Of a DNA stretch of 64,000 nucleotides, positions 18,047 to 27,005 are shown piece by piece; positions within the stretch are counted from its first letter, which is position 1, and every line of letters starts with the position of its first letter. Both the position numbers and the translations under genes were made by a program. The notes under the pieces are model-generated. The model saw only the letters and a program-made list of their open reading frames with translations. It was not told the DNA's origin and made no database searches. The stretch is taken from contig JAKQKX010000023.1 of the NCBI GenBank assembly GCA_029560465.1, forward strand, positions 7,965 to 71,964. Direction: 5' to 3'. The DNA is from Candidatus Omnitrophota bacterium. Its GTDB lineage: Bacteria; Omnitrophota; Gorgyraeia; Zapsychrales; JANLHA01.

Positions 18047-19490
18047 GAAGAAGCCTCCTTTTTATTAAATCGCCCACAATCTTCGGGTTGGCTTTCCCTT
18101 GAGTGAGCTTCATCGTTTGTCCGATCAGAAAACCGAGAGCTTGCATTTTGCCGTTTTGAATTTCCTGGGCCGCGGTACTGTTTTCGGTGATCACCTGGTT
18201 GACATAAGCTTCTAAGGCGGCGTTGTCGGAAACCTGGGTGAGCCCATCGTGTTCAATGATGGCTTGAGCCGTCTGCCCGGTTTGGATCATTTTTTTTAGG
18301 ATATCTTTACCGACGAGATGGCTGACCGCCCCCTCTTCGACCTTGCGGATCAGGTCCGTGAATTGTTCAGGAGAAACCGGGATCCCTGCGGCGGTTTTCT
18401 TCTGGGTATTCAGTTCCTGCAGGAGGGGCCCGTTAATCCAGTTGCAGATTTTCTTGCCGGGGGACAGCTGTTTCGCGCAGGCTTCGAAGAAGTCTGCCAA
18501 TTCCGGATTTTGAATAAGGATCCCGGCATCATAGGCGGCAAGATCATAGGCGGCCTGCAGGCGCTCAAATTTTTTGAGGGGCTCTTCCGGTAAAGATTCT
18601 CTGATCAATTCAATATTTTTGTCCGAGACCGTGAACGGGACAAGGTCCGGTTCCGGGAAATACCGGTAATCGTGCGCCTGTTCCTTGCTGCGCATGGATT
18701 GGGTCACCTCTTCATGTTCATCCCAGAGGCGTGTTTCCTGCACAAGGGGCTGGCCGGCTGAGAGAAGCGTGCGGTGGCGGTTGGCTTCATAGTCTAAAGC
18801 CGCTTTCACAGCCCGGAAGGAATTCAGGTTCTTTATCTCCGACTTGGTCCCGAGCCGTGTTTCCCCCAGGGGACGAACGGAAACATTGGCGTCGCAACGC
18901 AGGCTGCCTTTTTCCATATCACAATCCGAAACATTTAGATACTGCAGCAGAAGCTTCAGGGCCGTCAGATAGTCGTACGCTTCCTGCGCCGAGCGGATAT
19001 CCGGTTCAGTGACGATTTCCATGAGCGGGGTTCCGGTTCGGTTATAGTCGACCAGGCTGACTTTATTTTTAGCGTCATGGATCAGCTTGCCGGCGTCTTC
19101 TTCCAGGTGGGCCCGGTGGACCCGGATCTTCTGTAAGTGATCTCCGGAAAGGATTTCAACATAGCCGTTATGCCCGATCGGATAATCATATTGGGAAATC
19201 TGATACCCCTTGGGCAGGTCGGGATAATAGTAATTTTTCCGGTCAAATTTGATGTGGGAATTGATTTGACAATGCAGGGCCAGGGCAACCTTGATGGCGT
19301 AGTCCAGCGCCGTTTTATTCAGCACCGGCAGGGTTCCGGGAAGGCCGAGGCAGACCGGGCAGGTGTTGGTGTTGGGCGGGTGCCCGAACTGGTTGGCACA
19401 GCCGCAGAAAATTTTGCTTTCGGTGTTGAACTGAAGATGGACTTCCAGCCCGATAACGGTTTCATATGATTGTTGAGTGGCGCTGGTCAT
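18039..19490 (-). CDS. gatB: Asp-tRNA(Asn)/Glu-tRNA(Gln) amidotransferase subunit B
   Basis: [18 protein letters not shown]...[14 protein letters not shown]. 483 aa. gatCAB order. Confidence 0.93.
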   Translation of the reverse strand: MTSATQQSYETVIGLEVHLQFNTESKIFCGCANQFGHPPNTNTCPVCLGLPGTLPVLNKTALDYAIKVALALHCQINSHIKFDRKNYYYPDLPKGYQISQYDYPIGHNGYVEILSGDHLQKIRVHRAHLEEDAGKLIHDAKNKVSLVDYNRTGTPLMEIVTEPDIRSAQEAYDYLTALKLLLQYLNVSDCDMEKGSLRCDANVSVRPLGETRLGTKSEIKNLNSFRAVKAALDYEANRHRTLLSAGQPLVQETRLWDEHEEVTQSMRSKEQAHDYRYFPEPDLVPFTVSDKNIELIRESLPEEPLKKFERLQAAYDLAAYDAGILIQNPELADFFEACAKQLSPGKKICNWINGPLLQELNTQKKTAAGIPVSPEQFTDLIRKVEEGAVSHLVGKDILKKMIQTGQTAQAIIEHDGLTQVSDNAALEAYVNQVITENSTAAQEIQNGKMQALGFLIGQTMKLTQGKANPKIVGDLIKRRLLHG

Positions 19491-20941
19491 AATTTCGTCC
19501 GGGGTTTTAAGGTCTCTTTATACCAGCCGGCTTTTTGTTCATACTGATACGCGATGCGCAGCATCATTTCTTCATCGAAAGCCTTCGCGCACACCTGTAA
19601 TCCGATCGGCAGCCCCTCTTTGGAAAAGCCGCAGGGAAGCGATATCGCCGGGACCCCGCTGAGGTTGGCGAAAATGGTATAAATGTCAGACAGGTACATG
19701 GCCAGAGGGTCGTTTGTTTTTTCCCCTATCTTAAAGGCGGTGGTCGGAGACGTCGGCATCACGATGGCGTCGACTTCCTCAAACGCCCGGTCAAAATCAT
19801 TTTTAATCAGAGTGCGGACTTTTTGTCCGCGTAAATAAAAGGCGTCGTAATAGCCGGAGGAAAGGGAAAACGTCCCGAGCATAATGCGCCTTTTTGTTTC
19901 TTCTCCGAACCCCTGGTCCCGGGTCTCTTCAAACATATCCACGATAGCGCTTTTGCGGGGTTGGGGGGGCGTGCGCCGTAACCCATAGCGGACGCCGTCA
20001 TAACGGGCGAGGTTGGAACTGGCTTCGGCGGTGGCGATAATGTAATAGGTCGCAACGCAATACTCTGTATGCGGGAGTGAAATATCAACGATCGTGGCCC
20101 CCATGCCTTTCAGCAGGTTGATCGCCTCTTCAACTGCCGCGCGGACCTCCGGGGCGAGTCCGTCGATAAAATATTCTTTCGGCACACCGATCTTTAGTCC
20201 TTTGATATCCTTTCCGAGAGCCGATGCATAATCCGGCACGGGAAGGTCCCCGGACGTTGAATCCATGGGATCATGTCCGGCTAAAATCCCTAGAAGGCAT
20301 GCGGCATCTTGAACGTCTTTCGTGATCGGCCCGATCTGATCCAGGCTGGAGGCGAACGCGATGAGCCCGTACCTGGAAACGCGCCCGTAGGTCGGCTTGA
20401 GCCCCACGACTCCGCAGAAAGCAGCCGGCTGACGGATCGAGCCGCCGGTATCTGACCCGATCGCCCATATGGCTTCATGGGCGGCGACGGCCGCCGCGGA
20501 TCCGCCGCTGCTGCCTCCCGGAACCCGTGTCAGGTCCCAAGGATTATGGGTCGGGCCGTAGCAGGAGTTTTCCGTTGAGGAGCCAAACGCGAATTCGTCC
20601 ATATTCGTGTGCCCCTGCACGACCATCCCTTGCGACCGGAGTTTCCCGATAACTGTCGCGTCGTAAGGAGGTTTAAACCCTTTCAGAATTCTTGAGCAGC
20701 AGGTCGTCTCCATGCCTTTGACGCAGATATTGTCTTTGACGGCGACCGGCAGGCCGCGAAATTTCTTGGGGGCGGAGTCCTGGATCCCGGGGAACTCCTC
20801 CTGAAAAAGAACATAGGCGTGAACCGGGCCGTCGTTGTCTTTAATCCGTTGGTTCAATGAATGGTAGAGGGTTTCCGCGGAAATCTGTCCGGAGTGCAAC
20901 TTGTCCGTTAAGGCGTGCGCTGTCAGTTCATAAAGATTCAT
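19487..20941 (-). CDS. gatA: Glu-tRNA(Gln) amidotransferase subunit A (amidase signature)
   Basis: Amidase signature [13 protein letters not shown] with Ser-cisSer-Lys triad context. 484 aa. Confidence 0.93.
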   Translation of the reverse strand: MNLYELTAHALTDKLHSGQISAETLYHSLNQRIKDNDGPVHAYVLFQEEFPGIQDSAPKKFRGLPVAVKDNICVKGMETTCCSRILKGFKPPYDATVIGKLRSQGMVVQGHTNMDEFAFGSSTENSCYGPTHNPWDLTRVPGGSSGGSAAAVAAHEAIWAIGSDTGGSIRQPAAFCGVVGLKPTYGRVSRYGLIAFASSLDQIGPITKDVQDAACLLGILAGHDPMDSTSGDLPVPDYASALGKDIKGLKIGVPKEYFIDGLAPEVRAAVEEAINLLKGMGATIVDISLPHTEYCVATYYIIATAEASSNLARYDGVRYGLRRTPPQPRKSAIVDMFEETRDQGFGEETKRRIMLGTFSLSSGYYDAFYLRGQKVRTLIKNDFDRAFEEVDAIVMPTSPTTAFKIGEKTNDPLAMYLSDIYTIFANLSGVPAISLPCGFSKEGLPIGLQVCAKAFDEEMMLRIAYQYEQKAGWYKETLKPRTKL

Positions 20942-20956
20942 GGGTGATCCTATTTT

Positions 20957-21241
20957 TCATTCGATAACTTGCGGGACGGTGAACGCCCCGTCTTTTTGGG
21001 TTATGGCCATTTGAACCGCTTCGGCCTGAGTCAGCGAAGGAACCACGCGGTCTTCCCGGAACACATTTTGAAGCGGGAGGACATGGCTTGTCGGGGTAAC
21101 GGCGCTTGTATCAAGCTTTTCAAGTTTGGCGATATAATTCAGAATTGCTTCCAAATCATGGGTTAACGCGGTTAATTCAGCATCCGGCAAATTCATACGT
21201 GCGAGGCTGGCTATAGTCTGGATCGTATTTTTTGTTATCAT
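20957..21241 (-). CDS. gatC: Glu-tRNA(Gln) amidotransferase subunit C
   Basis: 94 aa, immediately upstream of gatA. Typical GatC-like sequence (IAKLEKLDTS...). Confidence 0.8.
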   Translation of the reverse strand: MITKNTIQTIASLARMNLPDAELTALTHDLEAILNYIAKLEKLDTSAVTPTSHVLPLQNVFREDRVVPSLTQAEAVQMAITQKDGAFTVPQVIE

Positions 21242-21304
21242 GATTTCCTCGTAATAATATATATATTAATAAATAATATCATTCTCCTTGGGGTAGCACA
21301 AGTG

Positions 21305-21688
21305 CTATTTCAGCAACAGGGCCTTAAGGTCTTCGGGGATTGGAACGGGCTTGAAATCCTGATTGAGACAGGCGAGGATAACTTCGGCGTCCGCGACAAG
21401 GGCGTTGGTCTTTTTTTGAAAAATTTTCTGAGAAAAGAAAATTTGAGCGGCCGTGATCTTAATAAGGGTGGCATCGCAACACAGGATATCCCCGTACCGG
21501 GCTGGACTTTTGTAAGATATGTTGACTTTCCGGACCGCATACACAAAGCCCCGCTGACTAAAGATGGTGACACTTAATCCTTTCTTTTCCAGAAACTCCG
21601 TCCTCGCTTCTTCAAGATATTTCAAGTAGTTCCCGTAATAAACAACCCCTCCGGAATCAGTGTCGTGATAAAATATTTTCTTTTCCAT
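21305..21688 (-). CDS. acyl-CoA thioesterase, hotdog fold (YbgC/4HBT family)
   Basis: MEKKIFYHDTDSGGVVYYGNYLKYLEEAR has the HDTD...V.Y..Y signature. 127 aa. Confidence 0.75.
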   Translation of the reverse strand: MEKKIFYHDTDSGGVVYYGNYLKYLEEARTEFLEKKGLSVTIFSQRGFVYAVRKVNISYKSPARYGDILCCDATLIKITAAQIFFSQKIFQKKTNALVADAEVILACLNQDFKPVPIPEDLKALLLK

Positions 21689-21787
21689 CTCTGGGCTCCT
21701 TTATTTTAAGTTCTACTTTTAACATGTAATAATTCAACTGTCAAGAAATAGGTCGGGGATTGAATTTAATATTTTTTTTCCTTATTC

Positions 21788-21816
21788 TTGCATCAGATAA
21801 GAAAAAATGCTACATT
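21788..21816 (+). promoter_or_regulatory. putative sigma70-type promoter for the PilZ gene
   Basis: TTGCAT (21788-21793), 17-nt spacer, TACATT (21811-21816), in an AT-rich intergenic region about 58 nt upstream of the ATG. Confidence 0.3.
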
Positions 21817-21873
21817 ATGGACGGAATATATAAAAAATATTACTAATTATAAATAAATAGAATTTAATCAGTT

Positions 21874-22329
21874 ATGGAAAATCCTCAATCAAACACGCGC
21901 CAGTCAGTTCCTGCTTATCCCGGCCCGGAGAGACGGTATTTGCCCCGCTGGGAGGTTAATAACCGTGTTTTGTGCCGCACGGAGGAAGGATTTGATTCTG
22001 TCGAGTGCCGCAGTATGGATTTGAGTTGTTCCGGTGTCTGCCTGGTCATGCGTCAGAAATTTCAGCCAGCCCAAAGAGTCAAATTGACGATTTATCTCAC
22101 GGAAGCGAAAGCGGTGGAAGTCGATGGCCGCGTGGCCTGGAGCCGGGTTTCCGGATATGGCAATTTGGCCGGCGTCAGTTTCGAGAACACCGAGCTCGGG
22201 ATCCAGGACACGATTTTAAAATACGCTTTTGAGTTTAAGAAGAACGCTCTTCTTCAGCATTGGTTTGAAGGATGGGAACCACCCGGCGCGGAATCAGAGC
22301 CGGTCCCCTCTTCTCCTCCCCAAAATTAA
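21874..22329 (+). CDS. PilZ-domain protein (c-di-GMP binding)
   Basis: RxxxR motif (RYLPR) and DxSxxG motif (DLSCSG), spaced as in PilZ domains. 151 aa. One of only about three plus-strand genes in the window. Confidence 0.7.
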   Translation: MENPQSNTRQSVPAYPGPERRYLPRWEVNNRVLCRTEEGFDSVECRSMDLSCSGVCLVMRQKFQPAQRVKLTIYLTEAKAVEVDGRVAWSRVSGYGNLAGVSFENTELGIQDTILKYAFEFKKNALLQHWFEGWEPPGAESEPVPSSPPQN

Positions 22330-22344
22330 ATTACCCGTTTTATT

Positions 22345-23151
22345 TTAAAGCAAATTTATAATATGACAATAATCCATCAGGGATAATGCTTCTGGCCTTG
22401 AGGAAGGCTTGATGTTGAGCCGTTCCAAGACATTCAGGAGCGCTTGTTTATCGCACCCGCCGGCCAAAGCGTTGACGAGTGTTTTCCTCCTGTGCTGAAA
22501 AGCCGTTCGGATCAATTTAAAAAGAAGCGGCTCGTCTTGGACTGGAGTTCTTGCCTCTCGGAAAGACAGATGAAGGAAACAAGAGGTGACTTTCGGGACC
22601 GGCCTGAAACAGGACGGAGAGATCAGAAAAAGGATGCGCACGTCTGCGTAATATTGGATGTAACAGGAGAGCGACCCATAGTCTTTGGAATGCGGTTGGG
22701 CGGTGAGCCTTTTCCCGAATTCGTGTTGAACCGTTAGAAACGCTTCCGTGATAAAGTGGCGTTCGGAAATTAATTTTTCGATAATAGGCGTGGAAATGCC
22801 GTATGGCAGGTTCCCGATGACCTTAACGGGAACCGGAAGCCCGGACATGGGGAAATTCAAAAAATCCGATTGAATGAGGTGAAGCCGGTCGTCCGGCAAG
22901 AGTCCTTTCAAAAGGCCGCACAAACGGGGGTCCGTTTCAACCGCGTGAAGTGATTTTACCCCCGGGGCGATGTGCCTGGTTAAAGCGCCTCGTCCCGGGC
23001 CTATTTCCAGCACGTGTTGATCATCGTTCAAACAACATGCGGAAATGATTTTCCGGATGACATTGTCATCGACAAGAAAATTCTGCCCGAGGTGTTTTCG
23101 GGCCCTTGGGAGAAGCTCTGGAGGAGATGTCCGTGGAAAACGTTTGGGCAT
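22345..23151 (-). CDS. rsmA: 16S rRNA (adenine1518/1519-N6)-dimethyltransferase
   Basis: KHLGQNFLVDDNVIRKII...LEIGPGRGALT. SAM-binding motif. Confidence 0.9.
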   Translation of the reverse strand: MPKRFPRTSPPELLPRARKHLGQNFLVDDNVIRKIISACCLNDDQHVLEIGPGRGALTRHIAPGVKSLHAVETDPRLCGLLKGLLPDDRLHLIQSDFLNFPMSGLPVPVKVIGNLPYGISTPIIEKLISERHFITEAFLTVQHEFGKRLTAQPHSKDYGSLSCYIQYYADVRILFLISPSCFRPVPKVTSCFLHLSFREARTPVQDEPLLFKLIRTAFQHRRKTLVNALAGGCDKQALLNVLERLNIKPSSRPEALSLMDYCHIINLL

Positions 23152-23155
23152 GATT

Positions 23156-24103
23156 TTAACCGTTTGTGAGTTCGTCGGCCAGACGGAGGGCGGCGGTCAT
23201 TGATCCGGCGTGGGCCACCCCTTTCCCGGCGATATTAAAAGCCGTGCCGTGAGCGGGGGAGGTCCTGATAAACGGCAACCCGGCCGTGAAGTTAACCAGG
23301 TCATGAAAGAAAAGGGCTTTGACCGCCACCAGCCCCTGGTCATGGTACATCGCAATGATGAGGTCATAGTTTTTTGAGTTATGCGGCGTAAATAAGGTGT
23401 CGGCGGCAAACGGGCCTTCGATAGGGATTCCTCTTTTTTTTGCGGCTGTAATAGCCGGGATCAGGATGCGGATCTCCTCATCGCCGATGTTCCCTCCCTC
23501 CCCGGCGTGGGGGTTCAGGCCGCAAACCGCGATTCGCGGATTCGGAATCCCGAACTGGGCTCGCAGGCTTTGCCGGGCCCTCTGGACCGTGCCCAGGAGG
23601 GCTTCAGCGGAGATCATGCGGCTGACACGTTTCAGCGGGATGTGGCGGGTGAGCAGGACGACGCGTAAATGCCGGGCGACAAACATCATCTCAACATGCT
23701 TGCGATGGAACGCCCGGGCGAGGAATTCCGTGTGCCCTTCAAAATGGCACCCCGATGTGCAGATGTTTTCTTTATGCACCGGCGCCGTCACCAGGGCGTG
23801 CGCGCCTTTTCGTTTCAGCAAATCCACGGCCGCGAGAAGATAAGATAGAGACGCCTGCGCGGACGCCGGTGTGCCCTGTCCTGGGCGAACCGCGTTTTCA
23901 GACAGCAGTTTAAGGTCTCTCAGGTCACAGTTTCCCGGCAGGCTGGACGCGTAACGGTTCAAGATCGTCTTGTCACCGATAATACAGAAAGGCCCGCGTT
24001 TCCGGATGCCGGGATTCCTCAGCGCTTTGACGAGGACTTCCGGGCCAATTCCTGCCGGATCGCCCATCGTGACAGCAATGGTTTTTCTGTTTTTTAATCT
24101 CAT
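23156..24103 (-). CDS. pdxA: 4-hydroxythreonine-4-phosphate dehydrogenase
   Basis: IAVTMGDPAGIGPEV and HGTAFNIAG motifs. 315 aa. surA-pdxA-ksgA order. Confidence 0.9.
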   Translation of the reverse strand: MRLKNRKTIAVTMGDPAGIGPEVLVKALRNPGIRKRGPFCIIGDKTILNRYASSLPGNCDLRDLKLLSENAVRPGQGTPASAQASLSYLLAAVDLLKRKGAHALVTAPVHKENICTSGCHFEGHTEFLARAFHRKHVEMMFVARHLRVVLLTRHIPLKRVSRMISAEALLGTVQRARQSLRAQFGIPNPRIAVCGLNPHAGEGGNIGDEEIRILIPAITAAKKRGIPIEGPFAADTLFTPHNSKNYDLIIAMYHDQGLVAVKALFFHDLVNFTAGLPFIRTSPAHGTAFNIAGKGVAHAGSMTAALRLADELTNG

Positions 24104-24174
24104 GGGATGTCGGGAGTTTTAAGGATATTTATCATAAAGACCAGTTGCCAACGGGAGGCCCGCCGAAGGATGGG

Positions 24175-25119
24175 TTAACTTTTGATGTCGATATAGGCTT
24201 GTTTTTTGAGTTCCTGGATCCAGATGTTAAACCGTTCACGGAATTTGTCCTGGAAAATTTTCTCTGTGATGATATCTTTAACCTCATCCAGAGTCGCGAT
24301 CTGGTGAGGGGTCTGTTTTATGGCTTTAAAAATATAAAGACCTTCCTCAAGCTCGATGATCTTTGAAACCTCCCCTTCCTTCAACCCGAAAACCGCGTTT
24401 TCAATCGCGGGCAAAACCTGCCCTTTGGCAATTGTGCCGACCGGCGTTCCCAGGGAATAGGTGTCCATGAGCACCTTAAAATCTTTTCCTTCGATGACTT
24501 GTAAAAGGATATCTTTTGCTTGCTGGCGGGCGGAGTCAATGTCGTTATTCTTGGGGATATAGATCGATAACAGCTCCACCTTGGCCGGCTGCTGGAACGA
24601 CTCAAAATTTTTTTTGTAGTAATCCGTCACTTCTTGCGGGTTGACCACAACTTTTGACCGGACTTCCCTCTCGACCATGAATTTTATTTTAAATTGGTCA
24701 TTGAGTTTCGTTTTCAGTTCTGAAATCGTGGCGCCTTCGGCTAAAAGCGCCTTCAGAAAATCCTGCTCTGATTTGTAGGCTTGTTTAATTTCCGCGAGCC
24801 GTTGATCGATGATTTCTGGCCTTACTTCCAATCCAATGCGGTTCGCTTCTGTCAGGATAAGTTTGTCTTCAATCAGGCGGACGATACCGTCCCTCTCCAT
24901 CTCCTGCATGATGCTCTGTATTTCGCTGTCACGCCGGCCTTCCATTTTCAGCTGCGTAAACAAAGAGTGGATATAATCTTTCAGGTTTTTTAAAGTGATG
25001 ATGTCGTCATTCACAACCGCTATAATGGCGTCTTCCACCGCATGAGTCGCCGTCAAGGGAGTTAAGAGGAGCACGGCGGTCATGATGCCCCCGATAGTTT
25101 TTTTATTGTGCCTCAACAT
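24175..25119 (-). CDS. periplasmic chaperone / peptidyl-prolyl isomerase, SurA-like
   Basis: Signal peptide, SurA N-domain-like start (AVEDAIIAVVNDDIITLKNL), parvulin-like C-terminal region. Conserved position upstream of pdxA. Confidence 0.72.
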   Translation of the reverse strand: MLRHNKKTIGGIMTAVLLLTPLTATHAVEDAIIAVVNDDIITLKNLKDYIHSLFTQLKMEGRRDSEIQSIMQEMERDGIVRLIEDKLILTEANRIGLEVRPEIIDQRLAEIKQAYKSEQDFLKALLAEGATISELKTKLNDQFKIKFMVEREVRSKVVVNPQEVTDYYKKNFESFQQPAKVELLSIYIPKNNDIDSARQQAKDILLQVIEGKDFKVLMDTYSLGTPVGTIAKGQVLPAIENAVFGLKEGEVSKIIELEEGLYIFKAIKQTPHQIATLDEVKDIITEKIFQDKFRERFNIWIQELKKQAYIDIKS

Positions 25120-27004
25120 GTTCCATCGTCTCCTGGGTCGTTTTTAAATGTTCAATCGACTCCTTCAAAAGCCGGCAGTATAAATCGAAACCGATGGCGG
25201 TGATATACCCGCTTTGCTCTTCCCCTAATAAATTCCCCGCACCCCTGATTTGCAGATCTTCAAAAGCGATTTGAAATCCGGCGCCCAATTCGCTGTGTTT
25301 TTCGAGGGCGCTGAGCCGGGCTTTTGATATTTTCGAAAGCCCTAACTCGGAAGGAATAAAGAAATACGCGTAAGCCTGGTTGGTAAACCGCCCCACCCGG
25401 CCCCGTAGTTGGTGTAAGTCAGCCAGGCCGAAATGCTGCGCGTGGTTAACCATCAGCGTGTTCGCGTTGGGGATGTCGATCCCCGACTCGATGATCGTTG
25501 TGCAGACCAGGACATGGACGTCCCCTTTAAGAAATTGCAGCATCACGCGTTCCAACTGCTTGGCAGGCATTTGCCCGTGGCCCACCGCGACGTTTGCTTT
25601 CGGAGCAAGCCTTTGTATTATTTTAGCAACTTTCTCGATATCTTCAACCCGGTTGTGCAAGAAAAAGACTTGGCCTTTCCGGCTTATTTCCCGCTCGATG
25701 GCGGTGCGCACCAGGTCTTCATCGAACTCGACGATGTGAGTCAAGACCGGTGTCCGGTTTTTCGGGGGGGTTGAGATGACGGACATGTCTTTGACCCCGG
25801 CCATGGCCATGTAAAGCGTGCGTGGAATCGGCGTGGCGGTCAAGGTCAGGACATCCACCAGGAGTTTCAGGTGCTTGAGCTTTTCTTTGGCTTTTACACC
25901 GAAACGTTGTTCTTCGTCAATCACCACAAGCCCCAGGTCTTTGAAATGGATATCTTTAGACAACAGCCGATGCGTTCCGATGACGATATCGACCCGTTTC
26001 TCGGCCAATTCCCGGATGATGGATTCCTGCTCTTGCTTGGTCCGGAACCGGCTGAGCATGGCGATCTTAACGGGATAATTTTTCATCCGTTCGCTGAAAT
26101 TATAATAATGCTGCTCCGCCAGAATCGTGGTCGGCACGAGCACCGCAACCTGTTTATTGTTCAGTACGGCTTTGAACATCGCCCGCAGGGCAACCTCGGT
26201 TTTGCCGAAGCCCACATCCCCGCATAATAGCCGGTCCATCGGCCAGTCAGCCTCCATGTCCGTGATCACCTCCCGGGTTGATTTGATCTGGTCCGGGGTG
26301 TCGGGAAACGGGAAAGATTTTTCAAAGGCGTTTTCCCATTCAGGGTCCCTGTTATAGGCGAATCCTTTCAGGCTGGTGCGCAGCGCCTGCAGCCGCAAGA
26401 GTTCCGCCGCGAAACGCTGCAGCTTTTTCTGGATTTGAGCTTTAACCCGCGTCCATTCTTTCGATCCCAACTTGTAGAGGCGGGGCGGTTTCTTATGAAA
26501 ATTAACGTATTTTTGAACCAGATGCATGTCGTGCTTCGGGATATACAGGCGGTCGCCCCCGAAGTATTCGATGACCAGGTGGTCTTTATTCTGGTTGTTC
26601 ACCGGCATCGGTTTGATCCCGAGGAACCTTCCGATGCCGTGATGGTTGTGAACGACGTAATCCCCTTTATGGATGTCGACGAAGTGGTTTAACGGAGTGT
26701 CGGCTGTGAAGGGCGATTTGTCCGTCTTTTTGCTGGGCAGGAGAAAGATAATATTGTGCTTCCAGATGGTCTGGGATGAGCGGATATTGTAACTGGCAAT
26801 GAACTGGATCCGGTCTCCGTTCAGGGCGATCCGGATGGGGCTGTCGAAATTCGCCGGGAAGACGTCCAGGACTTCTCCCCGGCAGGCGAAATCCCCTTCT
26901 TCCTGGACGTCCCTGACCTTGCGGTAATGGAAATGGACCAGCTCTTCCAGGATTTCGTCTAAATTGATGGTTTGATCGACATAAAGTTTGAGCGATCGAA
27001 ACAT
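25103..27004 (-). CDS. mfd: transcription-repair coupling factor Mfd, compact form
   Basis: UvrB-domain-2-like segment (GDFACRGEVLDVFP). RNAP-interaction/CarD-TRCF motif (GDYVVHNHHGIGRF). SF2 translocase motifs (GDVGFGKTEVALRA, DEEQRFG, QLRGRVGR). Only 633 aa, against roughly 1150 in E. coli. Confidence 0.8.
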   Translation of the reverse strand: MFRSLKLYVDQTINLDEILEELVHFHYRKVRDVQEEGDFACRGEVLDVFPANFDSPIRIALNGDRIQFIASYNIRSSQTIWKHNIIFLLPSKKTDKSPFTADTPLNHFVDIHKGDYVVHNHHGIGRFLGIKPMPVNNQNKDHLVIEYFGGDRLYIPKHDMHLVQKYVNFHKKPPRLYKLGSKEWTRVKAQIQKKLQRFAAELLRLQALRTSLKGFAYNRDPEWENAFEKSFPFPDTPDQIKSTREVITDMEADWPMDRLLCGDVGFGKTEVALRAMFKAVLNNKQVAVLVPTTILAEQHYYNFSERMKNYPVKIAMLSRFRTKQEQESIIRELAEKRVDIVIGTHRLLSKDIHFKDLGLVVIDEEQRFGVKAKEKLKHLKLLVDVLTLTATPIPRTLYMAMAGVKDMSVISTPPKNRTPVLTHIVEFDEDLVRTAIEREISRKGQVFFLHNRVEDIEKVAKIIQRLAPKANVAVGHGQMPAKQLERVMLQFLKGDVHVLVCTTIIESGIDIPNANTLMVNHAQHFGLADLHQLRGRVGRFTNQAYAYFFIPSELGLSKISKARLSALEKHSELGAGFQIAFEDLQIRGAGNLLGEEQSGYITAIGFDLYCRLLKESIEHLKTTQETMEHVEAQ

Positions 27005-27005
27005 C

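Noticed and set aside
25103-27004. Idea that the short Mfd is a sequencing or frameshift truncation
   Set aside because: The gene is bounded within 2 nt by the surA-like and secDF genes on both sides. There is no room for the missing domains and no adjacent gene fragments encoding them.
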